Assembly: GCA_002070505.1 (NCBI GenBank)
Contig: MWDJ01000014.1
Location: forward strand, 4,371 to 68,370
Source: Bacteroidetes bacterium ADurb.Bin145
GTDB taxonomy: Bacteria; Bacteroidota; Bacteroidia; Bacteroidales; VadinHA17
Direction: 5' to 3'
DNA: 64,000 nt
This document shows positions 38,250 through 49,549 of this stretch, piece after piece. The notes beneath the pieces were generated by a model, which saw nothing but the letters and a program-made list of their open reading frames with translations, was not told where the DNA came from and made no database searches. Made by a program: the position numbers and the translations under genes. The stretch's first letter is position 1. Each line of letters starts with the position of its first letter.

Positions 38250-40196
38250 ATGGTTTCGGTAAAGAACATATGCGTTTCATTTGGCAGCTTCGATCTGCTG
38301 AATGATATTTCTTTCCTGATAAATGATCAGGACCGGATAGGCCTTGCCGGGAAGAACGGATCAGGCAAGTCGACTCTATTAAGGATCATTGCCGGTATCC
38401 AGGCTCCCTCTTCAGGTCAGGTTGATATGTCGAAAGAAATAACAATTGGCTATCTGCCTCAGCAGATGAAAATCGATGATTCGACGACAATCATTAATGA
38501 AGTACTGACCTCATTCGCAGAAATAACAGGGCTCTCTGAGGAAATTGAAAGATGCAGCACTGAAATCTCAGGCAGGAAGGATTATTCATCGGATGAATAT
38601 CTTAAATTATGCGATCATCTTACTATTATTGAAGAAAGATACAGGATCCTCGGAGGCAACAACTATATTGCTGAAGCGGAGAAGGCCCTCGTGGGTCTTG
38701 GCTTTGAAAGGAGTGATTTCAACAAGCTGACGAAAGAACTTAGCGGCGGCTGGAGGATGAGGATTGAACTGGCAAAGATACTCCTGAAAAAACCTTCCCT
38801 GTTTCTTCTTGACGAACCGACAAATCACCTTGATATTGAATCGATCCAGTGGCTTGAGAGTTTTCTCACAACATATAACGGGGCTGTAGTTCTGGTTTCT
38901 CATGACAGGGCATTCCTAGATAATGTGACTACACGGACAATTGAGATATCAATGGGCAGAATTTATGACTATAAAGTATCCTGGTCAAAATTCACAGAAC
39001 TAAGGAAAGAGAGGAGGGAACAACAGATAGCTGCTTTCAGGAATCAGCAGAAGCTGATAGATGATACGGAGAAGTTCATTGAAAGATTCAGGTATAAACC
39101 CACAAAAGCCATACAGGTCCAGTCGAAGATCAAAATGCTTAATAAAATTGAAAGGATAGAGGTTGATGATCTGGATAGCAGTTCAATTAATCTCAGATTT
39201 CCACCGGCTCCGCGATCCGGCACCACAGTCATTGAAGCTGAGGGCCTTTCAAAAAGTTACGGGGCTCATGAGGTATTAAGATCAATCGATTTCAAGCTCC
39301 ACCGCGGTGAGAAAGTCGCATTTGTCGGTCGTAATGGAGAAGGGAAAACAACTCTGGCAAAAATAATTATAGGGGAACTTGGTTACGAAGGCTCCCTGAA
39401 GAAAGGGCATAATGTATGTACCGGATATTTCGCACAGAACCAGGACGAACTGCTTAATGAAGACCGTACTGTATTTGAAACTATTGATTACATAGCCAAA
39501 GGAGAGATCAGAACAAAAATGAGAGATATCCTTGGAGCCTTCCTTTTCCAGGGAGAGGATATCGATAAAAAAGTAAAGGTCCTTTCCGGAGGTGAACGCT
39601 CAAGACTGTCACTTGTCAGGCTCCTTCTCGAACCACATAACCTGCTTGTTCTTGATGAGCCGACCAACCATCTCGACATGAGGTCCAAGGATATCCTGAA
39701 ACAGGCACTTAATAAATATGATGGCACATTAATTGTGGTTTCTCACGACAGGGATTTCATTGATGGTCTTGTAGAAAAGGTGTATGAGTTCAGGAACAAG
39801 ACTATAAAGGAAAATATAGGAGGGATCTATGATTTCCTGAGAAAGAAGAAAATAGACAGTCTGAGGGAGATTGAGAGGAAGGAAATATCACTCAAATCGC
39901 CTTCCCCGGGTAATGTCAATTCATCTAATAAACAAAGGTATCTTGAAAAGAAAGAATATGACCGTAACCTGAGGAGGCTCAGGAAGCGGCTTGAAGATTC
40001 GGAAAAGGAAATAGAAAAGATCGAGAAGGAGCTGTCGCTCCTCGATGCATTGCTGAGTTCTTCGGTCCATTCAGCGGATGATACACACGAGATCTATGAA
40101 AGATATGAGGAGCTCAAGGCAAAGCATAATGAAGAAATGATACGCTGGGAACAATATACGAACGATGTGGAAGTTTTCATTCAGAATAGTGATTAA
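38250..40196 (+). CDS. ABC-F family ATPase (two ABC domains, no TMD, C-terminal coiled coil)
   Basis: Two Walker A motifs (GKNGSGKST, GRNGEGKTT), two signatures (LSGGWRMR, LSGGERSR), an inter-domain linker and a Lys/Glu-rich tail. Confidence 0.9.
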   Translation: MVSVKNICVSFGSFDLLNDISFLINDQDRIGLAGKNGSGKSTLLRIIAGIQAPSSGQVDMSKEITIGYLPQQMKIDDSTTIINEVLTSFAEITGLSEEIERCSTEISGRKDYSSDEYLKLCDHLTIIEERYRILGGNNYIAEAEKALVGLGFERSDFNKLTKELSGGWRMRIELAKILLKKPSLFLLDEPTNHLDIESIQWLESFLTTYNGAVVLVSHDRAFLDNVTTRTIEISMGRIYDYKVSWSKFTELRKERREQQIAAFRNQQKLIDDTEKFIERFRYKPTKAIQVQSKIKMLNKIERIEVDDLDSSSINLRFPPAPRSGTTVIEAEGLSKSYGAHEVLRSIDFKLHRGEKVAFVGRNGEGKTTLAKIIIGELGYEGSLKKGHNVCTGYFAQNQDELLNEDRTVFETIDYIAKGEIRTKMRDILGAFLFQGEDIDKKVKVLSGGERSRLSLVRLLLEPHNLLVLDEPTNHLDMRSKDILKQALNKYDGTLIVVSHDRDFIDGLVEKVYEFRNKTIKENIGGIYDFLRKKKIDSLREIERKEISLKSPSPGNVNSSNKQRYLEKKEYDRNLRRLRKRLEDSEKEIEKIEKELSLLDALLSSSVHSADDTHEIYERYEELKAKHNEEMIRWEQYTNDVEVFIQNSD

Positions 40197-40198
40197 AA

Positions 40199-40966
40199 AT
40201 GGCTGTCCAGGAACTTATTAATACTTATACGGTTCATGTTTATGAGACCGGTCCTGACGGGAGGATCAGTCTGCATGCTCTTTTCGATTTCATGCAGGAT
40301 GCTGCTTCGGAGCATGCTGTAAAGCTGGGATACGGCCGTGATGACCTGTTGAAGAAAAATCATTTCTGGGTCTTATCCCGCATGTACGCCGAAATAACTG
40401 AACAGCCGGTATGGAATGATAATGTGATGGTTAAAACATGGCCGAGCGGTACTGATAAGATGTTTGCAATGAGAAATTACGATATCCGTTTCAGTGATGG
40501 CGGGCATATAGCATCTGCGTCATCATCGTGGCTTATCATAGACCGCATAACAAAAAAGATCCAGCGGCCTGATGAATTCCTTATCAGATACAATAACGAG
40601 AACGATAATGTTACTCCTCTCCTGAGAGGTGCCGTGAAATTGCCCGGAACATCTGACGGATCTCCTTCTCCTGCGTTCAGAGTCTCAGTGAACGACCTCG
40701 ATGTCAATCTGCACACAAATAACGTGAACTACCTGAGATGGATATGCAATACATATGACCTGAATTTCATTATGAACCATTATCCTTCTTCAGTGGAAAT
40801 AAACTATCTTGCAGAATCTGTTTTTGGAGATGAGATTATTATCAGAACTTCATGGGATGAAGAAAATGAAAGTTGTTTCAATCATTCTGTCTTCAGACTG
40901 AATGACGATAAAGAATTATGCAGGGTCAGACTATGTTGGAAAAATAAAAAAGCTCTTAAAAAGTAA
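40199..40966 (+). CDS. Acyl-ACP thioesterase (FatA/FatB-like double hotdog)
   Basis: YETGPDGRISLHALFDFMQDAASEHA...HFWVLSR and a second-half DLDVNLHTNNVNYLRW motif. Confidence 0.8.
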   Translation: MAVQELINTYTVHVYETGPDGRISLHALFDFMQDAASEHAVKLGYGRDDLLKKNHFWVLSRMYAEITEQPVWNDNVMVKTWPSGTDKMFAMRNYDIRFSDGGHIASASSSWLIIDRITKKIQRPDEFLIRYNNENDNVTPLLRGAVKLPGTSDGSPSPAFRVSVNDLDVNLHTNNVNYLRWICNTYDLNFIMNHYPSSVEINYLAESVFGDEIIIRTSWDEENESCFNHSVFRLNDDKELCRVRLCWKNKKALKK

Positions 40967-40977
40967 ATGAAAAAACC

Positions 40978-42315
40978 ATGAACAGGGGGTATTTTTTAAG
41001 AAGGGTTCCGGGCTCAGTTACAGTAATTCTGATACTGGCATTACTGAGCTCCTGCACCTCATCGCGCATAGTTATCGATCCCAAGGATCTTTCGTATTTA
41101 TATAATCCCACGAAGAATGTTTTCAGTCCGCGTTACAACGTTATCAATGCGTCGGATGACAGGTCAGAACTGTCGGTGAAATTCTTTGCCAACCAGCTTT
41201 TCTTCTCGGAAGCTAATCCGCAGGGTATACCTCAGTCGGAAATGCTTATTACCGTTAAACTGTACAATATAACGGCCGGGAGGATGCTTGCCGATACTGC
41301 ATTTTATAATATAACAATAACCAGGGAGGAGAGCCGGCAGGAATATGTTTACAGCGTCCCCCTGAAAGTGGCCCCGGGAAAGGAATATATGGCTGAAGTT
41401 AAGATTGTCGACCGGCTGCGCAGGGAAGTAGTTCAGGCATTTGTCCCCTTCAATACCCTCTCATATAATAACAGATACAATTTCAGGGCTCTTGGACATT
41501 TTGCACGGAATCCTCTTTTCAATCCTGTGGTGAAGTCGAATGAATTTATTAACCTGGTCTATATTAAAAATCCGCCAGATTCAATATATATTTCTTATTA
41601 TAAGCCCTTTATACCTATCCCTGATCCGCCTTCGATGATCCTTCCGGAAAAGACGATAGATTACGGCCCCGATACAATAATTCCCCTGCCGTATTCTGAT
41701 ACTCTTCCAATGAATTTCAGGGAGAAAGGAATATACCAGGTTACACTTAAAAAAGATATTGCAGACGGGTATACAATTCTTAATCTGGGTGATACGTATC
41801 CGGAGCTTACATCTCCCCAAACAATGATAGAGCCTCTTGCTTATCTTGCAGGCCCAAGTGAACTTGATTCCTTGCTTAAAGCAGCAAGGCCGAAGGCAGC
41901 TCTCGATGAATTCTGGATCAAATGCGGTGGTAATATAGAAAAGGCCAGGGAACTGATCAGGATATATTATACAAGGGTATTATACGCTAATTACTATTTC
42001 ACTTCATACAAAGAGGGTTGGAGAACAGAGCGGGGTATGATATATATTATCTACGGACCTCCCGACAAAGTCTATAAAACCAATGACGGGGAAAGCTGGG
42101 GTTACCGGAAACCTGTCATCAGATCACGCTGGGGAACCAGGTTTACCGTGCAGGATGATTACCTGTTCTTTACATTCAAAAAGAAGGAAAGCATATTTTC
42201 TGATAATGATTTTTACCTCAGCCGGAATGAATCCCTTATTACATTCTGGGCTCAGGCTGTTGCCAGCTGGAGAAGGGGAATAGTTTTCCGTCTCGATAAT
42301 CCCGAAGGAATTTAA
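40978..42315 (+). CDS. GWxTD domain-containing protein
   Basis: Lipoprotein-like signal (LLSSC). C-terminal EGWRTERGMIYIIYGPPD matches the GWxTD signature. Confidence 0.75.
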   Translation: MNRGYFLRRVPGSVTVILILALLSSCTSSRIVIDPKDLSYLYNPTKNVFSPRYNVINASDDRSELSVKFFANQLFFSEANPQGIPQSEMLITVKLYNITAGRMLADTAFYNITITREESRQEYVYSVPLKVAPGKEYMAEVKIVDRLRREVVQAFVPFNTLSYNNRYNFRALGHFARNPLFNPVVKSNEFINLVYIKNPPDSIYISYYKPFIPIPDPPSMILPEKTIDYGPDTIIPLPYSDTLPMNFREKGIYQVTLKKDIADGYTILNLGDTYPELTSPQTMIEPLAYLAGPSELDSLLKAARPKAALDEFWIKCGGNIEKARELIRIYYTRVLYANYYFTSYKEGWRTERGMIYIIYGPPDKVYKTNDGESWGYRKPVIRSRWGTRFTVQDDYLFFTFKKKESIFSDNDFYLSRNESLITFWAQAVASWRRGIVFRLDNPEGI

Positions 42316-42317
42316 TC

Positions 42318-43064
42318 ATGCAAAAGGAATCTGATTGCATTTTTGGCCTGAGGCCGGTCATTGAAGCTGTTAAAGCGGGCAAACAAATCGACCGCCTTCT
42401 TATAAAGCAAGGCCTTCAGGGGGCTTTATATCATGAACTTATGACGCTTGTAAGAACTCATGGGATTGTTTATCAGATAGTCCCCGTCGAAAGGATTGAA
42501 CTTGTTACAAGAAAAAATCACCAGGGTGTCCTCGCCTGGCTGTCATTAATTGAATATCAACATATTTCCAATCTCCTTCCCGGTCTATTCGAAAGCGGAG
42601 AGGATCCTCTCATCATGGCACTTGATGGTGTTTCCGATGTAAGGAACTTTGGTGCAATTGCCCGTACTGCCGTCTGTTTCGGAGTGCACGCAGTGGTGAT
42701 ACCTGAAAAAGGATCGGCAAGAATAACTGCTGATGCTGTCAAGACGTCTGCAGGAGCTCTCCATACTTTACCGGTTTGCAGGGAAAAATCTATCACAAAG
42801 TCTGTTGAATATCTAAAAGCATCTGGCCTGAGAGTGATCTGTGCTGCGGAAAGATCAGGAAAAACAATATCTGAAACTGATATGACCGGGCCTCTGACAC
42901 TTATTCTGGGTTCTGAAGATAAGGGCATAAGCAGGGAACTTATAAATATGGCTGATGATGTAATAAGGATCCCGACGAAAGGAAGTATCAGCTCACTGAA
43001 CGTATCAGTTGCTGCGGGTGTACTTATCTATGAGGTTTTCCGGCAGAGATCTGACCCTAAATAG
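42318..43064 (+). CDS. rlmB: 23S rRNA (guanosine-2'-O)-methyltransferase RlmB (SpoU/TrmH family)
   Basis: N-terminal substrate-binding domain (FGLRPVIEAVKAGK) and SPOUT motifs (LDGVSDVRNFGAIARTA; LILGSEDKGIS; IPTKGSISSLNVSVAAG). Confidence 0.9.
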   Translation: MQKESDCIFGLRPVIEAVKAGKQIDRLLIKQGLQGALYHELMTLVRTHGIVYQIVPVERIELVTRKNHQGVLAWLSLIEYQHISNLLPGLFESGEDPLIMALDGVSDVRNFGAIARTAVCFGVHAVVIPEKGSARITADAVKTSAGALHTLPVCREKSITKSVEYLKASGLRVICAAERSGKTISETDMTGPLTLILGSEDKGISRELINMADDVIRIPTKGSISSLNVSVAAGVLIYEVFRQRSDPK

Positions 43065-44277
43065 AGATAATGCTAAGGATCCTTTCGTCAAGCTGTTTCT
43101 GATCGGATGTAAATGAAGCCAGTCCTGCAAGTGTAAGCAACGTATCAGGAGCAATTTTACCTTCTTTTATCTTTTGTGCCCAGCGTGAGAACACCGGGAT
43201 TTTCCCATCAGAGACAATGAATGATTTCTCCTCTCTGGAAAGAGAAGGAAAAAGATCACCGCATTTTTCCTCGTGTGCTATCTCTATGAGCTCGGACGCT
43301 GATGCTGGAACCCTTGAAGAAAGCCTCTCAGCAAGATTCAGGATACCGTCATCGATCCGCCAGAATTTTTCGATATGTGCTTCTTTTGCGGATTGATAGG
43401 TATTTATTTCATAGTTCTCATGCATCCTGGAAGAGAACTCAGTCTTGAGGTTTTGCTTTGCAGCTTTTGCCACGGAGGGGGGTATTGTAAAAACGTCGGT
43501 CCCGGCAAGAAGATTAAGCTGGTTATAATGTCTGAGACTTGCTGCTATGAGTTTTGTCTGCCAGGGATTCTTTGATGAGAAGGCAGTCACCCAGTTCTGA
43601 GAGGCGATTACTGCCATTTCGCCAATACCGCTTCCGTCACCGAGTTTATTATTCATCACAAAGTCCCCTATCCTCCCAAGGAACACATTCAGATAGTCGG
43701 GCCGGGAGACGAGTGTCACAAGAATATTCTGCCTGGCGCTGAATTCAAGGGTGAAATTGATCTTAACACCTGAATCCTTCAGCCTTCTTGCTCCAATCAG
43801 GCCCTCCGGTGTGAATGGCACTTTTATTACGAAATGCTCCGGGCATATTTCATGGAGCCTTCTGCCGTAATACTCTATGCCTTTAATATCATGTGCAGTA
43901 TCCGTGTGCAGCTCAACACTCACGAGACCGCCGAATTTTGAAGCGAGCCTTAGACCATGCCGGGCATTAACAATAAAAGACATCTCCCGTACCCTGTCTT
44001 CAAAAGGTAATTCCCTTACAAGATGTTTTGCTTCAGAGATGAAAACATCGTAGATACCTTTCTGTATTTCATCATTAATTGATGTATTATTTGTTGTAAG
44101 AGCGCTCATCTCTGCCGACCAGTTCGCCTCAGCTTCATTCATATCACCTGTATCAAGCCATATTTCCGTACCTGTCTTTCGCAAAGACTCCCAGAAAGGG
44201 TCTTTCTTCCCCTGAAAATGCCTCTCATCAAGATTTTTCCAAACAAAATCGCTGATTCTGGTATTAAGGTCTGCCAT
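43057..44277 (-). CDS. Transaldolase-family protein (long form)
   Basis: TTNNTSIN, VSVELHTD and VIKVPFTPEGL..RRL...G.K.NFTLEFS, where the Lys-containing strand is typical of the transaldolase fold. The extra C-terminal region is not assigned. Confidence 0.65.
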   Translation of the reverse strand: MADLNTRISDFVWKNLDERHFQGKKDPFWESLRKTGTEIWLDTGDMNEAEANWSAEMSALTTNNTSINDEIQKGIYDVFISEAKHLVRELPFEDRVREMSFIVNARHGLRLASKFGGLVSVELHTDTAHDIKGIEYYGRRLHEICPEHFVIKVPFTPEGLIGARRLKDSGVKINFTLEFSARQNILVTLVSRPDYLNVFLGRIGDFVMNNKLGDGSGIGEMAVIASQNWVTAFSSKNPWQTKLIAASLRHYNQLNLLAGTDVFTIPPSVAKAAKQNLKTEFSSRMHENYEINTYQSAKEAHIEKFWRIDDGILNLAERLSSRVPASASELIEIAHEEKCGDLFPSLSREEKSFIVSDGKIPVFSRWAQKIKEGKIAPDTLLTLAGLASFTSDQKQLDERILSIISI

Positions 44278-44368
44278 AATATTTTTATTTCCGGCAAAAT
44301 TAAGTAAATTATTAATCTGAGTCGATGTTATTTTTTAGCTTTACGATTAATAATTTATCTGAAGCCAT

Positions 44369-45643
44369 ATGCGAAAATCATTTATAATACTGCTTTACTG
44401 CCTTCCTTTCAGTCTTGCCGCACAGGTTAATTTTGACAGATATTTCACTGATAAAGTTCTGCGGTTTGATTTTATGTTTGCCGGCAACAACAGCAAAATC
44501 ACTGTTTATCCGGTTGGAATGAAGGAAGAACCATATTTTTCAGGGTCCAGGACTCAGCTGGTCGATCCCTTCAATTATGGTAATTTCAAATTTGAAATAT
44601 ATGATGCAGCTGAAAATAAGCTGTTATATTCAAGAGGTTTCTCAACTCTTTTTCAGGAATGGCAGACGACAGCTGAGGCTAAGGTCATGGAAAGAAGCTT
44701 TTACGAAGTTGCAACAATGCCCTTCCCCAGGAACAAGATAAGGTTTGTCCTGAGCGCAAGGGAACGCAATGGAACATTTTACAAGCTGTATGAAACACAA
44801 ATTGACCCGTCAGACTACTTCATAAGGAAAGAGAAACCCGTCAGGGCAAATGTCACAAATATCCTCTCTTCAGGAGATCCGGCTACCTGTGTCGATCTGG
44901 TGTTCATTGCAGAAGGGTATACTGAAAATGAAATGGAAAAATTCAGGAATGATGTTAAGCGTCTTAGCGATATACTGTTGAATGAACCGCCTTATAACGA
45001 TTACAGGAATAAGTTCAATATCAGTGCAGTTGAAGCTGTTTCTTCAGAATCCGGAACTGATGTCCCTGGTGAGAGTATCTACGTCAATACTGCCCTCAAT
45101 TCAAGCTTTTATACTTTCGGTACTGCCAGATACCTTACAACTCAGGACATGCGGTCAGTGAATGATTATGCGGCTCTGGCCCCTCACGATAATATTATAG
45201 TCCTGATGAACAGTCCAAGGTATGGCGGAGGCGGTGTTTATAATTATTACAGCGGCATAACGTCAGACAACAACCGGGCAAAGTATCTGCTGATCCATGA
45301 ATTCGGCCACGGATTTGCGGGACTTGCTGATGAATATTATTCGAAAGATGTTGCATACGAGGAATTCTATCCTCTTGATGTAGAGCCCTGGGAACCTAAT
45401 ATTACAACCCTTGTTAGTTTTGATTCAAAATGGAAGAAAATGATACCGGCAGGAACGCCCGTTCCGACTCCGGTTGAAGATAAATATATGAATGTGACAG
45501 GATTGTTTGAGGGTGGCGGTTATGTTGAAAAAGGTATTTATCGCCCCAGGATTGAATGCCTTATGAATATGAGCACTGCCCCCGGATTATGTCCTGTCTG
45601 CAGGCAGGCCATCAGGGATATGATCGGTTACTATACTAAGTGA
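44369..45643 (+). CDS. M64 family (IgA peptidase-like) metallopeptidase
   Basis: Signal peptide. HEFGHGFAGLADEY zinc motif in the expected context. Confidence 0.85.
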   Translation: MRKSFIILLYCLPFSLAAQVNFDRYFTDKVLRFDFMFAGNNSKITVYPVGMKEEPYFSGSRTQLVDPFNYGNFKFEIYDAAENKLLYSRGFSTLFQEWQTTAEAKVMERSFYEVATMPFPRNKIRFVLSARERNGTFYKLYETQIDPSDYFIRKEKPVRANVTNILSSGDPATCVDLVFIAEGYTENEMEKFRNDVKRLSDILLNEPPYNDYRNKFNISAVEAVSSESGTDVPGESIYVNTALNSSFYTFGTARYLTTQDMRSVNDYAALAPHDNIIVLMNSPRYGGGGVYNYYSGITSDNNRAKYLLIHEFGHGFAGLADEYYSKDVAYEEFYPLDVEPWEPNITTLVSFDSKWKKMIPAGTPVPTPVEDKYMNVTGLFEGGGYVEKGIYRPRIECLMNMSTAPGLCPVCRQAIRDMIGYYTK

Positions 45644-45908
45644 TAACTCTGGATGTCAGTCCTCTCTCATTCAGAGATCTGCTCATGGAAGTAAGAACCT
45701 CAGCAGAACCCCGTTTTATTTCATAGCTCCCGTGGTAATGTACTATCATGGCGCATTGTTCAGCCTGAACAAAATCATGACCGCACACCTCGACAAGTGA
45801 TTTTATTACATGATCAAAAGTGTTGTAATCATCATTATAAAGGATAAGTGAACTTGTCTCCTCACCCTTCTTAAGATCCCTCTTTTTATGTAAAGTCCTC
45901 TCTTTCAT
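45636..45908 (-). CDS. clpS: ATP-dependent Clp protease adaptor ClpS
   Basis: 90 aa. LILYNDDYNTFDHVIKSLVEVCGH....AEQCAMIVHYHG matches the ClpS core. Confidence 0.9.
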   Translation of the reverse strand: MKERTLHKKRDLKKGEETSSLILYNDDYNTFDHVIKSLVEVCGHDFVQAEQCAMIVHYHGSYEIKRGSAEVLTSMSRSLNERGLTSRVIT

Positions 45909-47494
45909 TCCAGTTTTTCAAATAATTGTCTTGCTGTTTCCAAAGGTATCTCTTTCTTTCCCAGCCATGCTCCTACCTTTGCATCACGGTAACCGTTCCT
46001 GGCTACCAGGCTGGCATAGTCCTCGGCACTTTCAAAAGTAATGAATTTTCCTATCAGATATACAATAGTTCCGTCGCTGAGTTGCCATATGTCGAGTCCC
46101 CTTCCTGTAGCAAGCTTCCTTATATTTTCTTCTGCCTCAGCACCTAAGGGTTTCTCTGACCTGGCGATCTCGACCCTGAAGGAGAGAGTCGGAGGGATTG
46201 TATCCACTGCAGTGCTTCCTGTTCCCTGAGTGTCATCTATAAAGAATTTTTTACCCCACTCCTTTTCGAGTACTGCTGCCCGGTCGGCAGAGATTATCTT
46301 ATTCCCTGAAAATGCAACAATGAAAGCATCCTTGAATCCTTTCTGCCTCACCTGCAACAGGGCTTTGGATGCATCGGCTTTCGTTCGGAACATGCCTGCA
46401 TAATAGTTAGTCCTGTCACTTCCATCTGTCCTGAAGCCGTATACCGGAGTAATTCCCTTGAAATATGAAGGAGCCACTTCGTTACGGAATACAGCTACCT
46501 GTATCCTGTAGATCAGTCCCTGAGGTACCGGTGGGTTGATCTGAACCTTTTCGTTAAGGTCATAAACAGGCTTTTCAGCTACCCTGAAACTTGACAGCAC
46601 CCCTGCTGAAACCATAGAAACCGGATTATTTTCTTTTGTTACTTTCTGCCGGTTTTCACCTATTGTATCTTTCTGTGGAACAGGAGTTGCCTGAACTGAC
46701 ATTCCATCAGCGACAGCATGAGCTTCATTATATTTCTCATCGGCTTTTTTCTGGAAGGATGCTGCAATGGTCTCTGCATCAATGATCTTCTTTTTGGCAT
46801 CAACGGTTCCTGCTTCCCCTGAAGCGGCTGGTGTTTTTTTCATATTATCAGCAATTCTGCTGGCTGAATCGGCTTTATTTTGGAGGACAAGCGCCTCGGA
46901 CAATATCCTGTCATATTTTTCCGGCAGGGGCTTTTCGGGCTCTTTTCTCTCATCGTTTTTCTTTATTTCTGTGGCAGCAAGAGCCCCGCGCCCCTCATTG
47001 CATTCTTTTATGTATTGAGGAACGTTCAGTTCCCTGGCTTTTCTTTTTCCTGCAGCTTCGGAGTAGCTGTTGAATGACGATATTGCCTTATTGTAATCTC
47101 CGGCCTGCTGGTATGCCCGGGCCAGCCAGAATAATCCGTCGGGAGGTACTGTACGGACAATATTTGCCCCCCTGATGGCATCTTCAAGGAGAGTCACTGC
47201 AGTGAGTGGATCACGTTTTAATTGCACCAGGCAAACGCCTGAATAATATTTATAGAGAGGATCTTTTGAATAAGTATTCAACAGATCGCTGAAGCCGTTG
47301 TATGCTTTTTCAAAGTCGCCGCGTGAGAATGCTTCAAGTGCCTGCTGTCTAACAGGTCTGGACTGAAGATCCTGGGAAAATAAAGAAGTATCCTGAAGGG
47401 ATGAGATGATAGCCATCAGGGAAAATGCCAGGAGGTATTTCCCCGGCCGGAATATATTTTTTTCACATCTCCTGATCTTCAACAATCCAATCAC
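45905..47494 (-). CDS. TPR plus tandem SPOR-domain protein
   Basis: TPR-like N-terminus. YRIQVAVFRNEV...YYAGMFRTKADASKALLQVRQKGFKDAFIVAF (SPOR) and a second SPOR-like repeat at the C-terminus. GTG start at 47494, with an alternative ATG at 47416. Stop overlaps the clpS start (ATGA). Confidence 0.75.
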   Translation of the reverse strand: MIGLLKIRRCEKNIFRPGKYLLAFSLMAIISSLQDTSLFSQDLQSRPVRQQALEAFSRGDFEKAYNGFSDLLNTYSKDPLYKYYSGVCLVQLKRDPLTAVTLLEDAIRGANIVRTVPPDGLFWLARAYQQAGDYNKAISSFNSYSEAAGKRKARELNVPQYIKECNEGRGALAATEIKKNDERKEPEKPLPEKYDRILSEALVLQNKADSASRIADNMKKTPAASGEAGTVDAKKKIIDAETIAASFQKKADEKYNEAHAVADGMSVQATPVPQKDTIGENRQKVTKENNPVSMVSAGVLSSFRVAEKPVYDLNEKVQINPPVPQGLIYRIQVAVFRNEVAPSYFKGITPVYGFRTDGSDRTNYYAGMFRTKADASKALLQVRQKGFKDAFIVAFSGNKIISADRAAVLEKEWGKKFFIDDTQGTGSTAVDTIPPTLSFRVEIARSEKPLGAEAEENIRKLATGRGLDIWQLSDGTIVYLIGKFITFESAEDYASLVARNGYRDAKVGAWLGKKEIPLETARQLFEKLE

Positions 47495-47617
47495 TCTTAT
47501 GATGTTTTATGATATCTCAAACAACATATTCAGGGCAAATATAAACACAAAATATTTATTAGTGATTTTGTGTCATCAGAGATTGTAAACATGGATGAGA
47601 ATAGTTTCTTCCCGGCC

Positions 47618-47745
47618 TGATCAGGCTCTGGAAGAGATTGATGTGAATAACCACGGGCCAAACCAGGGATTAGCAGCCTCTTTTATTGATCAGGCTCTGA
47701 AGGAGCCTAATATGAATAACCCAGGGCCAACAGCCCTGGGTATGC
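47618..47745. repeat. Two tandem ~69-bp copies of a dispersed repeat, inverted relative to the copy at 20575-20630
   Basis: tgatcaggctctg occurs at 47618 and 47687. gatcaggctctgaaggagcctaatatgaataacccagggccaacagccctggg is close to the reverse complement of 20575-20630. Confidence 0.8.
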
Positions 47746-48047
47746 GATGCCTTACCCCGGTTCATCCCTGAAAAGGGTGAAAAAAATCACTCAATTCAAA
47801 AACTTTTGTATCTTAGTACTTTCTCGCTGTACAGTATTTAATATTCTTATCTATGTCAGGTTATCATAAACTTATATATCATTTTGTCGTAAGGATGAAA
47901 GATAATCGCCAAACAATTGATCCTAAACAGTGCAAACAGATTAGGCACCTGCCGGTGCTATATTAGAAGTAAAATCATTAATGAACAGAACTAAAGTATG
48001 AATGTAAATTTTTGTAAATTTACCCATAATAAAATCCTGAAAATACA

Positions 48048-48509
48048 ATGGCACAACTAAAAGAAGGTATGAAAGCACCTGATTTTGAAGGTGTGGATCA
48101 GAATGGAAAAACGATAAAACTAAGTGATTTCAAAGGTAAAAAACTGGTACTCTATTTCTATCCGAAAGATAATACCCCGGGATGCACTGCCGAAGCATGT
48201 AACCTCCGCGATAATTATGATGAGATACTGAAAAAAGGGTTTGCCGTCGTCGGCGTAAGCATGGACAGCGAGAAATCCCATAAAGGTTTTGCAGATAAAT
48301 ACTCTCTGCCATTTCCTCTTATCGCCGATACTTCAAAAAAGATCCTTAATGATTACGGAGTATGGAAAGAAAAAAGCCTCTACGGAAGGACATTTCTCGG
48401 TACCGTGCGAACCACTTTCATCATCGACGGAAAAGGAATTATAGAAAAGATCATCTCAAAGGTCGAGACCAAGTCACACTCTGAACAAATATTCAAGATT
48501 TATAAATAA
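48048..48509 (+). CDS. bcp: Thioredoxin-dependent peroxiredoxin Bcp
   Basis: [16 protein letters not shown] active-site motif. 153 aa. Confidence 0.9.
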   Translation: MAQLKEGMKAPDFEGVDQNGKTIKLSDFKGKKLVLYFYPKDNTPGCTAEACNLRDNYDEILKKGFAVVGVSMDSEKSHKGFADKYSLPFPLIADTSKKILNDYGVWKEKSLYGRTFLGTVRTTFIIDGKGIIEKIISKVETKSHSEQIFKIYK

Positions 48510-48519
48510 TACCACTAAT

Positions 48520-49530
48520 ATGAGCAAAGAAAAACCGGAGATCAATAAAGAGAAACTGAAAGCTCTTGAAGTTACCCTGGGAAAGATTGAGAAAGATTTC
48601 GGTAAGGGGACAATAATGAAACTTGGCGATCATGCCATTGAAAATATCCAGGTGATATCGACCGGATCAATAGGACTTGACGCAGCACTCGGAATAGGAG
48701 GCTTGCCGCGGGGCAGGGTGATCGAGATCTATGGCCCTGAAGCATCCGGAAAAACGACCCTGGCAATACATGCCATTGCAGAAGCCCAGAAAAACGGAGG
48801 TATAGCCGCAATAATAGACGCTGAACACACTTTTGACCGTAATTACGCTGAGAAACTCGGAGTGGACGTTGAGAACCTTCTTATATCACAACCTGACAAT
48901 GGCGAACAGGCGCTCGAGATAACAGATAACCTTATAAGATCCGGTGCACTTGACATCATAGTTATTGACTCAGTTGCTGCACTGACCCCGAAAGCCGAGA
49001 TAGAAGGCGAAATGGGTGATTCCAAAATGGGACTCCAGGCAAGACTCATGTCTCAAGCCCTGAGAAAACTCACCGCTAACATCAGCAAGACAAATACTTC
49101 CTGCGTATTCATCAATCAGCTCAGGGAAAAAATAGGCGTTATGTTCGGTAATCCTGAAACTACAACCGGGGGAAATGCACTTAAATTTTACTCGTCAGTA
49201 AGACTCGATATCAGAAAAACAAACCAGATAAAGGAAGGTGAAGAGATCGTCGGCAACAGAACCCGTGTTAAGATCGTGAAAAATAAACTTGCACCACCAT
49301 TCAAAAAAGCTGATTTCGATATCCTCTATGGAGAAGGTATTTCTCAACTCGGGGAAATAGTTGATCTCGGTACCGATTTCAATATCATCAAGAAAAGCGG
49401 CTCATGGTTCAGCTATGGAGATACCAAGATCGGACAAGGACGCGATGCCGTTAAACAAATACTTAAAGATAATCCGGAATTGCTCGAAGAGCTAAAGGCT
49501 AAAGTGCAGGAAGCTCTCAAAAAACAATGA
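48520..49530 (+). CDS. recA: Recombinase RecA
   Basis: [11 protein letters not shown] Walker [11 protein letters not shown] and [28 protein letters not shown] are unmistakable RecA motifs. Confidence 0.97.
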   Translation: MSKEKPEINKEKLKALEVTLGKIEKDFGKGTIMKLGDHAIENIQVISTGSIGLDAALGIGGLPRGRVIEIYGPEASGKTTLAIHAIAEAQKNGGIAAIIDAEHTFDRNYAEKLGVDVENLLISQPDNGEQALEITDNLIRSGALDIIVIDSVAALTPKAEIEGEMGDSKMGLQARLMSQALRKLTANISKTNTSCVFINQLREKIGVMFGNPETTTGGNALKFYSSVRLDIRKTNQIKEGEEIVGNRTRVKIVKNKLAPPFKKADFDILYGEGISQLGEIVDLGTDFNIIKKSGSWFSYGDTKIGQGRDAVKQILKDNPELLEELKAKVQEALKKQ

Positions 49531-49549
49531 CAATACAAACATAATCATT

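Noticed and set aside
46767-47077. Three overlapping plus-strand ORFs (65-83 aa), plus others at 45926-46229.
   Set aside because: They are antisense to the TPR/SPOR gene in a compositionally biased Lys/Ala/Glu-rich region. These are typical shadow ORFs.
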